Of a stretch of 42,618 nucleotides of DNA, positions 11,298 through 20,302 are shown in pieces. Source of the stretch: an uncultured Methylophilus sp. (GTDB lineage Bacteria > Pseudomonadota > Gammaproteobacteria > Burkholderiales > Methylophilaceae). The position numbers and the translations under genes were made by a program. The stretch covers positions 1-42,618 of the forward strand of contig CAKZJM010000228.1 of NCBI GenBank assembly GCA_936943315.1, read 5' to 3'. Numbering within the stretch: position 1 is the first letter of the stretch; each line of letters starts with the position of its first letter. The notes below the pieces were generated by a model that was given only the letters and a program-made list of their open reading frames with translations, did no database searches and was not told the DNA's origin.

Positions 11298-12773
11298 CTA
11301 CCCACGCTTCTTCGCAAACAGATAGGCGCCCAGCAGTCCGGTCAGGCTCACCGCCAGCGCGGCCAGGATAGCCAGCACGTCACGCACATCCTTGCTGACT
11401 GACTGCACACTCCACTTGTGCAGATAAGCAAACACAAAACCTTCCAGGCCATCGGTATCATTGATGCTAGCAGCCAGCGTGCCTGTAGCAGGTTCTACAT
11501 ATAGCCTTGTATGGTCAGCCTGGCTAGTTTGCACTTTCAGCACAGGCAAGCGTTTAAAAACAAACCCATACTCATTGGCAAATGCCGTCACCCAGCCTAC
11601 AGAAACAATCCCAGGCAATGTTTTTCCAGCGATCACATTGACCCACTCGCCAGCATAGGTTTCAGGGGTCAATGCAGTCACGAGCTGGTGGCGCGTCATC
11701 CATAACATGGGTGCCGGGGGCGCGGCTGACGGGTCACCATGATGATGCATGGCAGCCACTTGTGCCGAAGGCACTCCATCCATCCCAGTAGTCACAGGAA
11801 TGATTTGCCAGAACAGCGCTTCCCCACGGCCATAAATATCCAGCTTGAGTATTTTTCCTGTAGCCAATTGCGACCAGGCTTGCAGACTCAAAGCAGAGCC
11901 ATCAGCCACGAATGCTGTGGCCTGTAAAGGCCTGCGCTGCTGGATGTCTGACATCCACAAATGAAACAACCCGGAACTCGCCAATAACAGAATGACCAGT
12001 GAAACCCATCCCCCAAACTCGCGATGCCACCATTGCACGCCCCAGCGCTTCAAGCGATAAGGTGCCGTTTTGCGTTGCTTGATGTAAAGGGTGATCCCGG
12101 TGACTGCCGATGCAAGAATCAAAATCAACACCGTGGTCGCCACGGCCAGTTGCAGTCTGGAACAAGCTTGCAGGAACGACCAGTTATGACCCCATTGAAA
12201 TACCTTGGTCAAAAATGCCCGCCTGTCATCGACCAAGGTCGCTAAGCGCGATTGCTCGGTATCAATATAAGCACGCAAGCCATCCTCGCTGGCATAAGCC
12301 ACCCGCCAAACGGGTAGCAAGCGGTTGACCGGATGGTAATCCGGTGCAAAGTCGGTCACAGCCTCGACTGCGCGCACCGACGATGCATCACGCCCGGTGT
12401 AATAATTGGCTAGGCTGATCGCCGCGGCCCGCTCGGCGTCTGTACGCTCTTGACCATTCACCACTGAAAAATACCTGACCGCATCGGACAACGCGACCCG
12501 GTAGTATGCTTCACCATCCAGATGCACCAGACTGATATGCCGAAACTGCGTGATCGCCTGTTGCTGCAGCAATGCTGGCAGAGACACTGCCTGGCTTAAA
12601 TCGACTGGCGCCAATGGCGGCATAAACTGTTTAGGTGCTGGTTGTAAACGACTCATGATGGGATGCGACGCTCCAGACAAGCCCCACAACACCATACCGA
12701 CACAGGCAATCACGCCTATCCATTGATGCCAAAATAACCAGCGATTTTTAAGCGAGGATGACTTAATGACCAT
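11298..12773 (-). CDS. PepSY-associated TM helix membrane protein
   Basis: WHQWIG...LWGLSG, HNW, WHR and LHKW conserved His-bearing helices. ATG at 12773 has a GGAG SD and overlaps the upstream gene. Confidence 0.85.
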   Translation of the reverse strand: MVIKSSSLKNRWLFWHQWIGVIACVGMVLWGLSGASHPIMSRLQPAPKQFMPPLAPVDLSQAVSLPALLQQQAITQFRHISLVHLDGEAYYRVALSDAVRYFSVVNGQERTDAERAAAISLANYYTGRDASSVRAVEAVTDFAPDYHPVNRLLPVWRVAYASEDGLRAYIDTEQSRLATLVDDRRAFLTKVFQWGHNWSFLQACSRLQLAVATTVLILILASAVTGITLYIKQRKTAPYRLKRWGVQWWHREFGGWVSLVILLLASSGLFHLWMSDIQQRRPLQATAFVADGSALSLQAWSQLATGKILKLDIYGRGEALFWQIIPVTTGMDGVPSAQVAAMHHHGDPSAAPPAPMLWMTRHQLVTALTPETYAGEWVNVIAGKTLPGIVSVGWVTAFANEYGFVFKRLPVLKVQTSQADHTRLYVEPATGTLAASINDTDGLEGFVFAYLHKWSVQSVSKDVRDVLAILAALAVSLTGLLGAYLFAKKRG

Positions 12774-13239
12774 GAGCGTCTCCATGCATATCATGGGCTA
12801 TCGACGACACCGGCTGACCCTTGCTAAATTTCACTACTCCTTTAAAACTGTCTATCCGCTGACGCTGATCCTCGGCCAGACCCTGTTCTTGCTTTTGCAG
12901 CCGTGCCACCAGTGTCTGCGCATCGGCTGCAGCCATCCCGGCCGCCTCCAAATGGCTGGATACGGTCAACTCCGCGCCACCACAAAGCAAAGTATGCCAA
13001 TGCTGATGGGCTGGATGATATTTTAATAATGCGCGCCCGCCTTTATCGCCTTGAATCCAGTCAGCAATCGCCATGCCCTGGTGTATGACAATCACTGGCA
13101 GCGTTAATGGCTGATTTGGTTTATCCCAGGTTTCATGCATTTCGGTTGCCACCGATTGTTCGTCTGCTGCTGAGTGAGCATGCGCTGTAGCAATGTTTAG
13201 CAGCATTAAAAACAGGCTAAATTTCAACATCCATTTCAT
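12763..13239 (-). CDS. Copper uptake system-associated periplasmic protein
   Basis: Signal peptide; WDKP...AIADWIQGDKGGRALL...LCGG...SFKG pattern recalled for the family found beside copper chaperones/methanobactin uptake loci; His-rich tail HDMHGDAHGH. Confidence 0.7.
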   Translation of the reverse strand: MKWMLKFSLFLMLLNIATAHAHSAADEQSVATEMHETWDKPNQPLTLPVIVIHQGMAIADWIQGDKGGRALLKYHPAHQHWHTLLCGGAELTVSSHLEAAGMAAADAQTLVARLQKQEQGLAEDQRQRIDSFKGVVKFSKGQPVSSIAHDMHGDAHGH

Positions 13240-13255
13240 TCAAATACTCCATCGT

Positions 13256-13276
13256 CCGGGGTGCCATGCACCCCGG
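13256..13276. other. Intercistronic GC hairpin after the TonB receptor gene
   Basis: CCGGGGTGC-CAT-GCACCCCGG perfect 9-bp stem with no U tract; probably an mRNA stability element. Confidence 0.55.
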
Positions 13277-13283
13277 TCTATCG

Positions 13284-15344
13284 CTAATAGGTCCAGGTCA
13301 CACCCAGGTAAGCTGTGCGGCCATCGCCTGGCAGGAACAAGGCACCATCTGCACCATTCTGGTTTCTGGCAACGCCAGTCGTAGCGGCATATTTCTGGTT
13401 AGCCAGATTGCGGCCCTCAACGAACCATGACCAATGCGGGTTGATTTTCTGTCCGGCTTTAACACCCCACAGAAAATAACTGTCTGCATACAAGGTTTCT
13501 GCAAAGTCCACGTTGTAGCGCTGTGGCGACCATTCTATGGTCGGGCCGATATAGAAATTTTCGAGTACATCACTGCCACGGTAAACCAACTCGGCACGGA
13601 GTAATGAGCGCTGGATACCCGGCAAGCGATTGCTGCCAAAAGTCGGGTCGTTATCCAGTTTGAAGTCATTAATCAACAGGCTGGAGCGCCATTGCAAGCT
13701 ATAAGGCAAACGCGCAGTGAGTCCAAACTCCAGGCCGCGGTGTATGGTTTTACCTGCGTTAATGGTTTGTGAAGCCACCGGGGAGCCTGCCGCTGCCACG
13801 GCAAGTAACTCATCCTGCAAGCGGGCATGATAGAGGGCAATATCCCAGTCGACAAACTCGGTATTGCCTCGCGAACCAACTTCAAACGTGGTGCCTTTTT
13901 GTGCCTTGAGGCTGCTCACCACCAGGCTGTTTAACTCGCCAAAACTCGGTGGCTCAAAGCTACGTGAGGCATTAGCAAACAGTTGAACCTGAGGTTGCAA
14001 CTGATACAGCACACCCAGTTTGGGGCTGGTCTGGCTATAGGTCTTATCTACGCTCTGATTACCGCTGGCAGTAATCAGTTGGTCTTGGGAATCACGTTTG
14101 GATTTAGCATATTGCATCCCGGCAATTAGCGTCCACTGTTCGTCCAGGCTCAGGCGATCCTCTAGATAAGTTTCGAAGTTGGTGGCTTTCTGGTCAAAGT
14201 CGTTGAGTAATGCGCCACGTCTGGCATTCACGTTTTGATAGTTTTTGGCGTCAGTGCGGCCACTGGTTGGGGAGAGGCCCGCGACAAACTCGTTCTTGAG
14301 GCCGAACAACTCGCCAACATGGCTCCAGCGAGCGGTTAAGCCAATGTCATAAGACGCCTGGTCAATCACACCAGTGGTATCGCCAAAGTTACCAATGGGG
14401 TGAAACAGCGTCTTGCGTGCATAAAACGCGCCTAATTCGAGTTTGCTCTGGTCAAACAGAATGGTGGTTTTATTGGCCAGCCTGGCGACATTGATATTGC
14501 GCTCGTTGATTCCCTGGCCTGGGATCACGGTTGCCTGTTTGGGATCATCTTTTAACTGGGCCTTGGTCAAACTGCTTGAAAGCTGCGAGTCATTATTGAC
14601 ATAGCCGAAGTAAAAACGCGTTTCGACCTGGTCATTAATCTTGACACCGACATTTCCGGTCAGGCGGTCTGCCCCTTGCTGAGCGTTGTCCCTAAAACTA
14701 TCTGTGTGGTATTTGCTGGCAGCCACAAAATAATCCACGTTTTCTTTTACGCCGCCAGTGCTGACGCCAAGACGATAATAACCATAGCTGCCGCCTTCGG
14801 TTTTCACTTCCAGCGCCGGGGCTGTGTAACCTGTACGGGAAATAAAGTTAATACTGCCGCCCAAATTACTTGAGCCATATTGCAAGGCATTTGCGCCACG
14901 ATACACTTCAATATAATCGGTGGCCATCGGGTCGATTGCAGGGAAATCAAAACCGCCATCGGCCAGGTTTGTTGGAATGCCATCTTGCATCAGCTTTAAC
15001 CCACGACCATGAAAGGTACGCTGCAAACCAGACCCGCGAATCGACAAGCGGGTTTCTTCGGCACCAAAACGTGATTGTGCCAAAACGCCGGTCGCCATGC
15101 CCAGTGTATCCTGCATATTGCTGGTACGGCCTTCGCGCACGGTCTCCATATTGACCACTGTGGTGCCGCCTGCGGTTTTAGACAGGTTTTCTTTTGCCGT
15201 TTCAATATCCGGCTGTGTCAGTGACGCTTTGTTTTTCTTTGCCACTACTTTGACTTCATCAAGATGTACTGTGCCCTCATGCTCGGCGTGCGCCATGTAA
15301 GGCATCGCCGCCAGAATCGCCAGGCAGATTTTTGTTTTATTCAT
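13284..15344 (-). CDS. TonB-dependent outer-membrane receptor
   Basis: Signal peptide, TonB-box-like DEVKVVA, plug motifs SIRGSG...DGIP...IEVYRGANALQYG...GGSINF, NLANQKY, C-terminal GRTAYLGVTWTY. Confidence 0.95.
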   Translation of the reverse strand: MNKTKICLAILAAMPYMAHAEHEGTVHLDEVKVVAKKNKASLTQPDIETAKENLSKTAGGTTVVNMETVREGRTSNMQDTLGMATGVLAQSRFGAEETRLSIRGSGLQRTFHGRGLKLMQDGIPTNLADGGFDFPAIDPMATDYIEVYRGANALQYGSSNLGGSINFISRTGYTAPALEVKTEGGSYGYYRLGVSTGGVKENVDYFVAASKYHTDSFRDNAQQGADRLTGNVGVKINDQVETRFYFGYVNNDSQLSSSLTKAQLKDDPKQATVIPGQGINERNINVARLANKTTILFDQSKLELGAFYARKTLFHPIGNFGDTTGVIDQASYDIGLTARWSHVGELFGLKNEFVAGLSPTSGRTDAKNYQNVNARRGALLNDFDQKATNFETYLEDRLSLDEQWTLIAGMQYAKSKRDSQDQLITASGNQSVDKTYSQTSPKLGVLYQLQPQVQLFANASRSFEPPSFGELNSLVVSSLKAQKGTTFEVGSRGNTEFVDWDIALYHARLQDELLAVAAAGSPVASQTINAGKTIHRGLEFGLTARLPYSLQWRSSLLINDFKLDNDPTFGSNRLPGIQRSLLRAELVYRGSDVLENFYIGPTIEWSPQRYNVDFAETLYADSYFLWGVKAGQKINPHWSWFVEGRNLANQKYAATTGVARNQNGADGALFLPGDGRTAYLGVTWTY

Positions 15345-15416
15345 GTTGTATTCCCTTATTTTTGTACGTCATATGCACTGCCTGACATCAAGCAAGCAGT
15401 GCAACCACCTTAAACA

Positions 15417-15665
15417 TCACGCCGCAATCACATGCCTGGCAGTCTGTTCTGGTTGCCAGCGGATCAAGGCACTGATGTCGCAATCAAAGTAATTGCAGAG
15501 TTTGCTGAGGTGCTCGGTGCAGGCGTTGTAGGCAGGATTTTTAACCATGCGGTGCAAGGTCATGCGGCTGATGCCGGTGGATTCGGCGACTTCTTTGAGG
15601 GTGATGTGGCGTTTCCACTCCACCTGTTTGGCAAATATCATTGCCTGTAGATTGATAATAATCAT
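15417..15665 (-). CDS. XRE/Cro-C1-type helix-turn-helix transcriptional regulator
   Basis: ITLKEVAESTGISRMTLHRM HTH and LSKLCNYFDCDISALI; GGAG SD 7 nt upstream of the ATG. Confidence 0.85.
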   Translation of the reverse strand: MIIINLQAMIFAKQVEWKRHITLKEVAESTGISRMTLHRMVKNPAYNACTEHLSKLCNYFDCDISALIRWQPEQTARHVIAA

Positions 15666-15729
15666 GTGATGACTCCATTCATGCCTGTGTCGCAGGCAGA
15701 CTCATAAGCCGTCAAACCAACTGACGGAG

Positions 15730-16164
15730 TTAGACTGAGTGTGGAGTCAGCGGGGGCGCGCGTGAGAGATGCGCAGTAGGATAAACACTTGAAACAACAG
15801 GTGGCTGATATTCGCTTAACGCGATCTGCGCCTGTGCTTTTTGAAACAGAATATATGAAGGGTTATGCGCTGGAATAGTGGCCTGGTCCAATGCCATCTG
15901 ACAGAACGGGCAATGGCTAAGGTGGTGGCTTAATGAGGCCGGTTTTTGCGAAGGCTGATAATCAATCAGGGTGGAGCGCCACTTGCCCTGGGTGGTCATG
16001 ACCTGAATGACCAGCTTGCTGCCTTGCGAAGAGCACACCTCTTGCACAAAGGTTTTACCACTTTGCATCGGGAAAGCTACAGTCAGTGTTGGCATAAGCG
16101 TAGCGAGCATGATTGCCATCAAGGCCATGCGTGCCATCCAACGTTGAAATTTGACCGTTCCCAT
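15730..16164 (-). CDS. DUF2946 family CruR/CutF-like regulatory leader protein (CxxC plus RAPP)
   Basis: N-terminal signal/TM segment, EVCS, HHLSHCPFC, Pro-rich linker, C-terminal SRAPP; heads a TonB receptor operon. Confidence 0.88.
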   Translation of the reverse strand: MGTVKFQRWMARMALMAIMLATLMPTLTVAFPMQSGKTFVQEVCSSQGSKLVIQVMTTQGKWRSTLIDYQPSQKPASLSHHLSHCPFCQMALDQATIPAHNPSYILFQKAQAQIALSEYQPPVVSSVYPTAHLSRAPPLTPHSV

Positions 16165-16226
16165 TCCGGCATTTTAACGACAATCCTTTAGAATAGACAA
16201 GAATTTCCATTGATACAGGACAAACC

Positions 16227-17114
16227 ATGGCCGGATCCAGCCTGCTGGCATTACTTGATGACATCACTACCATGCTCGACGACGTGTCGGTCATGAGCCA
16301 ACTGGCCGCCAAAAAAACAGCGGGGGTGCTGGGTGATGACCTGGCGCTCAATGCGCAACAGGTGACCGGCATTGCCGCAAAACGGGAGCTACCTGTGGTG
16401 TGGGCGGTGGCCAGGGGGTCGTTTATCAATAAGCTGATGCTGGTTCCGGCTGCCTTATTGATCAGCGCTTTTTTGCCTTGGTTGATTACACCGCTACTGA
16501 TGCTGGGCGGTGCGTTTTTATGTTTTGAAGGCTTTGAAAAAATCTGGCACAAACTGCATGCGGATCACGCGCATGATCAGGCGGTACATACGGCCATGCA
16601 AGACCCGCAAACAGACCTGGTGGCGCTGGAGCAAGAAAAAATCAAGGGTGCAGTCCGCACTGACTTTATCCTTTCAGCCGAAATTATCGTGATTGCCTTG
16701 GGCGTAGTCGCCGAAGCCGCGCTCACGCAACGTATTCTGGTGCTGTCTTTGATTGCGGTGTTGATGACCATAGGCGTCTATGGCCTGGTGGCACTGATAG
16801 TTAAAATGGATGACATCGGTTTATGGCTCATGCAGCGCCAGGGCAATCATCTGTTATCCCAATCCACACGCAAGTTGGGGTGGGGGTTGGTGCAAATTGT
16901 GCCTTACCTCATGCGCTTGCTGAGCATCTTGGGCACGGCGGCCATGTTCCTGGTCGGGGGCGGCATCATCGTCCACGGCATCCATCCCTTACACACCGTG
17001 GTTGAACAGTTTGCCTCATGGGCATGGCTGATCAACGCAGCCGTGGGCGTGCTTGCTGGCGCAGTCTGTTTTGGATTAATATACATCGTGAAATTAATTA
17101 TCGAAAAGAACTAG
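16227..17114 (+). CDS. DUF808/YedI family inner membrane protein
   Basis: [49 protein letters not shown]. Confidence 0.92.
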   Translation: MAGSSLLALLDDITTMLDDVSVMSQLAAKKTAGVLGDDLALNAQQVTGIAAKRELPVVWAVARGSFINKLMLVPAALLISAFLPWLITPLLMLGGAFLCFEGFEKIWHKLHADHAHDQAVHTAMQDPQTDLVALEQEKIKGAVRTDFILSAEIIVIALGVVAEAALTQRILVLSLIAVLMTIGVYGLVALIVKMDDIGLWLMQRQGNHLLSQSTRKLGWGLVQIVPYLMRLLSILGTAAMFLVGGGIIVHGIHPLHTVVEQFASWAWLINAAVGVLAGAVCFGLIYIVKLIIEKN

Positions 17115-17160
17115 TTTTTTTCTAACCCCTTGTTAGAATTGACAAAAACTAGGGGGTTGC

Positions 17161-19485
17161 ATGACACTTTCTCGGAAAGTCATTGTTGTTGCATTATCCA
17201 TTTCCAGCCTTTGTCTGCTGGCAACGATCAATGCAACCGCCCAAACCAGCCTCTGGTTAGATAACATCCACTGGTTCACCAGCATCACCGCCTGCCTTAT
17301 GCTTGCCATATTAGGCTACCTCAAAGCCAATACCGCACATCGCCCCTGTAAACGCTGGTTTGTCATAGGTACTTCGGCCTATTTCACAGGCGGCTTGTTA
17401 TGGATTTTTGAGGTCCTCACCGATCAAACCACCTTCCCGGCCCAATCCGATATTTTCTACCCCCTGCTTGGCCCCTGCCTGATCATCGGCTTCGTCATGG
17501 CCTTACGTAACCAGCTGTCTCGCGCTAAAACCTGGGCCTTTACCATTGATGCACTGTCTTTCAGCGTGGCAGTGATTGGCTACATCTTGATTGCCTACCT
17601 GCCAAAATCTGCCGAAGTGAACCTGCTGCAACTGGGTGTACTCACGGCCTATCCCGCTGGCATGCTGAGCGCGGCCATGGTGTCACTGTTATTGATCCCC
17701 TACCTAAGACCGGCCTGGATGCTGCCCTGGCTGTTGCTTAGCGCAGGGCTCACCATGCAGGGCGCCTGCTGGATGCAGTGGAACCTCAATGCCCTCAATC
17801 ATGCCGCCCAAGATAGCCTGTGGGTCAATTACGGATTCTCTGTGGCAGACTTGCTGATTGGCAGTGGTTTATATGGCTGGCAGGTACGCATTGCCAAACG
17901 TCCCGTGTACCTTCAGCAATGCCGCCGTCTGCGCAGTTGGACGCCAGTCATCGCCGTGGCATTTAGTATCAGCACCCTGCTGCTGATCTGGTGGCAGAGT
18001 GGCGCCCATCCTTATGCTTACCACATTGCCATTGGCTCTGTGGCCATGATCCTGATCTTCTCTGCCATCCGGCAAAGTATTTTGCTGCGTGAAAGCGAAA
18101 AACTGCTGCGTGCAGAAAAACGCCTGGCTGAAAAAGAGCTCGAATACCTCAAACTTTCCCGTAACGATCCGCTCACACAGTTGCCCAACCGCCTCACCAT
18201 GCTTAACCTGCTGGAGCATGCCATCATCAGCGCAGCCACCGACAGCGGCATGGTCGCCTTGCTGATGATTGATTTGAAACATTTTCAAAGCATCAATGAC
18301 AGCTTTGGTCACCGCACCGGTGATCTTTTTCTACTCGAGATCGCCCAGCGCCTGCAATACGTTGCCCACGAGTGCGGGGAACTCGGACGTGTGCATGGCG
18401 ATAAATTTGCCTTGATTATCACCAGGCGAAAAACAGATGCCGAACTGGTGCACCTCGCCCATAACCTCTGCAAAATCGTGCACAAACCGGTGCTGATAGA
18501 TCACCATGAGTTGATTCTCGATGCTTGTATAGGCATCAGCATGTATCCCCGCGACGCGGCCAATGCAGACCAGCTTGCCCGCAACGCCAATACGGCACTG
18601 GCCCATGCCAAGCGCTCCAGCCAGCACTTGTTTCTGTTTTATTGCAAAGAGCAAACCAAACTCGCGCAAAACCGTTTCCGGCTCGACGTGCAACTACGCA
18701 AAGCCATTAAAAAACAGGAATTCTTTTTGCACTTTCAACCGATTTTCAAGCTGGGTAAACAGCCACAGCCCAGGGTTGCGCATATAGAAGCCTTGATCCG
18801 CTGGCGTACCAACAAAGGGGATATTATTTCGCCCGCAGAATTTATCCCTTATGCAGAGCAATCCGGCCTGATTGTGCCTATGGGTGAATGGGTGATTAAC
18901 GAAGCGTTCCGTCATCTCTCTGCGTTGATGTATAAAAGCGGCCAGACCGTCGGGCTCTCGATTAACATTTCGCCACGCCAATTCCGTGACCACGGCCTGC
19001 CGTTGCGGATTTCGCAGTGCTTGAAACAATATGCGATTCCGCCCGCTTATATCACGCTCGAAATCACCGAAAGCGCTGTGTTTGAACACGAAGAACAGGC
19101 ACTGGAAATTCTCAAGCAGCTGAAAGCGCTGGGCGTGCGCATTTCACTGGATGACTTTGGCGTCGGCAACTCATCGCTGTTTAAACTCAAGCAGTTGCCC
19201 ATTGATGAACTCAAGATAGACCGCGCCTTTTTGGTAGATGTGCCAGAGAGCAGTGCGGACAGCGAGATTGTCAGCACCATCGTTAAAACAGCCGGGATTC
19301 TTGGGGTGTCGGTAGTGGTTGAAGGGGTAGAAACCGAAGCCCAGCTCAACTTCTTGCGCCAGATTGATTGTGACTACATACAAGGATTCTTGTTAGGCAA
19401 ACCGATGGCAATTGGCGAGATAGACACTTTATTGTCAGCGTCACAACCGCCTGTCTCCTCCCTCACCAGAGAAGTGATATCGTAA
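17161..19485 (+). CDS. Multi-TM sensor with degenerate GGDEF and intact EAL; probable c-di-GMP phosphodiesterase
   Basis: About 9 TM segments; DPLTQLPNR; HGDKF replaces GGDEF; IEALIRW, DDFGVG, KIDR, EGVE and QG present. Confidence 0.88.
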   Translation: MTLSRKVIVVALSISSLCLLATINATAQTSLWLDNIHWFTSITACLMLAILGYLKANTAHRPCKRWFVIGTSAYFTGGLLWIFEVLTDQTTFPAQSDIFYPLLGPCLIIGFVMALRNQLSRAKTWAFTIDALSFSVAVIGYILIAYLPKSAEVNLLQLGVLTAYPAGMLSAAMVSLLLIPYLRPAWMLPWLLLSAGLTMQGACWMQWNLNALNHAAQDSLWVNYGFSVADLLIGSGLYGWQVRIAKRPVYLQQCRRLRSWTPVIAVAFSISTLLLIWWQSGAHPYAYHIAIGSVAMILIFSAIRQSILLRESEKLLRAEKRLAEKELEYLKLSRNDPLTQLPNRLTMLNLLEHAIISAATDSGMVALLMIDLKHFQSINDSFGHRTGDLFLLEIAQRLQYVAHECGELGRVHGDKFALIITRRKTDAELVHLAHNLCKIVHKPVLIDHHELILDACIGISMYPRDAANADQLARNANTALAHAKRSSQHLFLFYCKEQTKLAQNRFRLDVQLRKAIKKQEFFLHFQPIFKLGKQPQPRVAHIEALIRWRTNKGDIISPAEFIPYAEQSGLIVPMGEWVINEAFRHLSALMYKSGQTVGLSINISPRQFRDHGLPLRISQCLKQYAIPPAYITLEITESAVFEHEEQALEILKQLKALGVRISLDDFGVGNSSLFKLKQLPIDELKIDRAFLVDVPESSADSEIVSTIVKTAGILGVSVVVEGVETEAQLNFLRQIDCDYIQGFLLGKPMAIGEIDTLLSASQPPVSSLTREVIS

Positions 19486-19780
19486 CCGCCACCTCGCTGC
19501 CAGCGGCAATGCCCAAGGCCTTACGCACATCTGCTTTTAAAAACAACGCGTAACGCCCATCATCAAACGCCGGAAAAATCGATGTGTGCCATTGCTGATC
19601 GCGAACCGTCACCTCAACCTTCACGGCACCCCAACCGCGGCGCTTGGTTTGATGATATTGGCTCAGGGTATGGATTTCATCAGACATGGCCTGCGGCAAA
19701 CTCACATAATGCCAGGTGCTTTTGCTTCCCACCCATAGCTTGACCACATCATCAAAACGGTAACTCAGGCCGTCCATCAC
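19463..19780 (-). CDS. DUF1905 family protein
   Basis: WHYVSLP, RGWGAVKV, WHTSIFP, LKADVRK. Confidence 0.8.
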   Translation of the reverse strand: MMDGLSYRFDDVVKLWVGSKSTWHYVSLPQAMSDEIHTLSQYHQTKRRGWGAVKVEVTVRDQQWHTSIFPAFDDGRYALFLKADVRKALGIAAGSEVAVTISLLW

Positions 19781-19825
19781 ACCTCACATGAGATAAGCGC
19801 TGACATCAAAAAAATTGCGATGCAC

Positions 19826-20302
19826 TTATGCGTCTGGCTGCTTGAAACTATCCAGCATTAACAGGCCCACACCCACACAGATTGCACTATCAGCCACATT
19901 AAAAGCAGGCCAAGCCCATTGCTGATAATAAAACAGCAAAAAATCCACGACATAGCCCAGCGTCAGCCGGTCATACAAATTACCCAGCGCGCCGCCTAAT
20001 ACCAGTGCCAGGCCAAAGCAGAACAGTTTTTTTTCGGGGTGTTTAACCAGCAAATAAACCATCACTGCCGATGCCAGTGTAGAGACCGCCGTAAAAAAAC
20101 CATGTTGCCAGCCACCAGCATCCGCCAGAAAGCTGAAAGCCGCGCCGGTATTGTGATAGCGCACCAGGTCAAAAAAACTTGTCACAGGCAGATGCTCACC
20201 ATACACAAACAATTGCTGGATCACATGTTTGGTGTACAGATCGAGCGCGATCACGATCGCGCTCAACACTAACCAGGGCAACGCAGAACGCACATTACGC
20301 AT
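19826..20302 (-). CDS. lspA: Lipoprotein signal peptidase II
   Basis: [25 protein letters not shown]; ATG at 20302 overlaps the end of ileS. Confidence 0.97.
   Translation of the reverse strand: MRNVRSALPWLVLSAIVIALDLYTKHVIQQLFVYGEHLPVTSFFDLVRYHNTGAAFSFLADAGGWQHGFFTAVSTLASAVMVYLLVKHPEKKLFCFGLALVLGGALGNLYDRLTLGYVVDFLLFYYQQWAWPAFNVADSAICVGVGLLMLDSFKQPDA

Noticed and set aside
15417-15665. XRE/HTH gene as a prophage or toxin-antitoxin remnant
   Set aside because: No integrase, toxin or phage gene nearby, and its SD appears integrated into the leader-peptide RNA switch.
11298-16164. Methanobactin or other RiPP biosynthesis cluster
   Set aside because: No precursor peptide or MbnB/MbnC-like modifying enzymes; only uptake-type genes are present.
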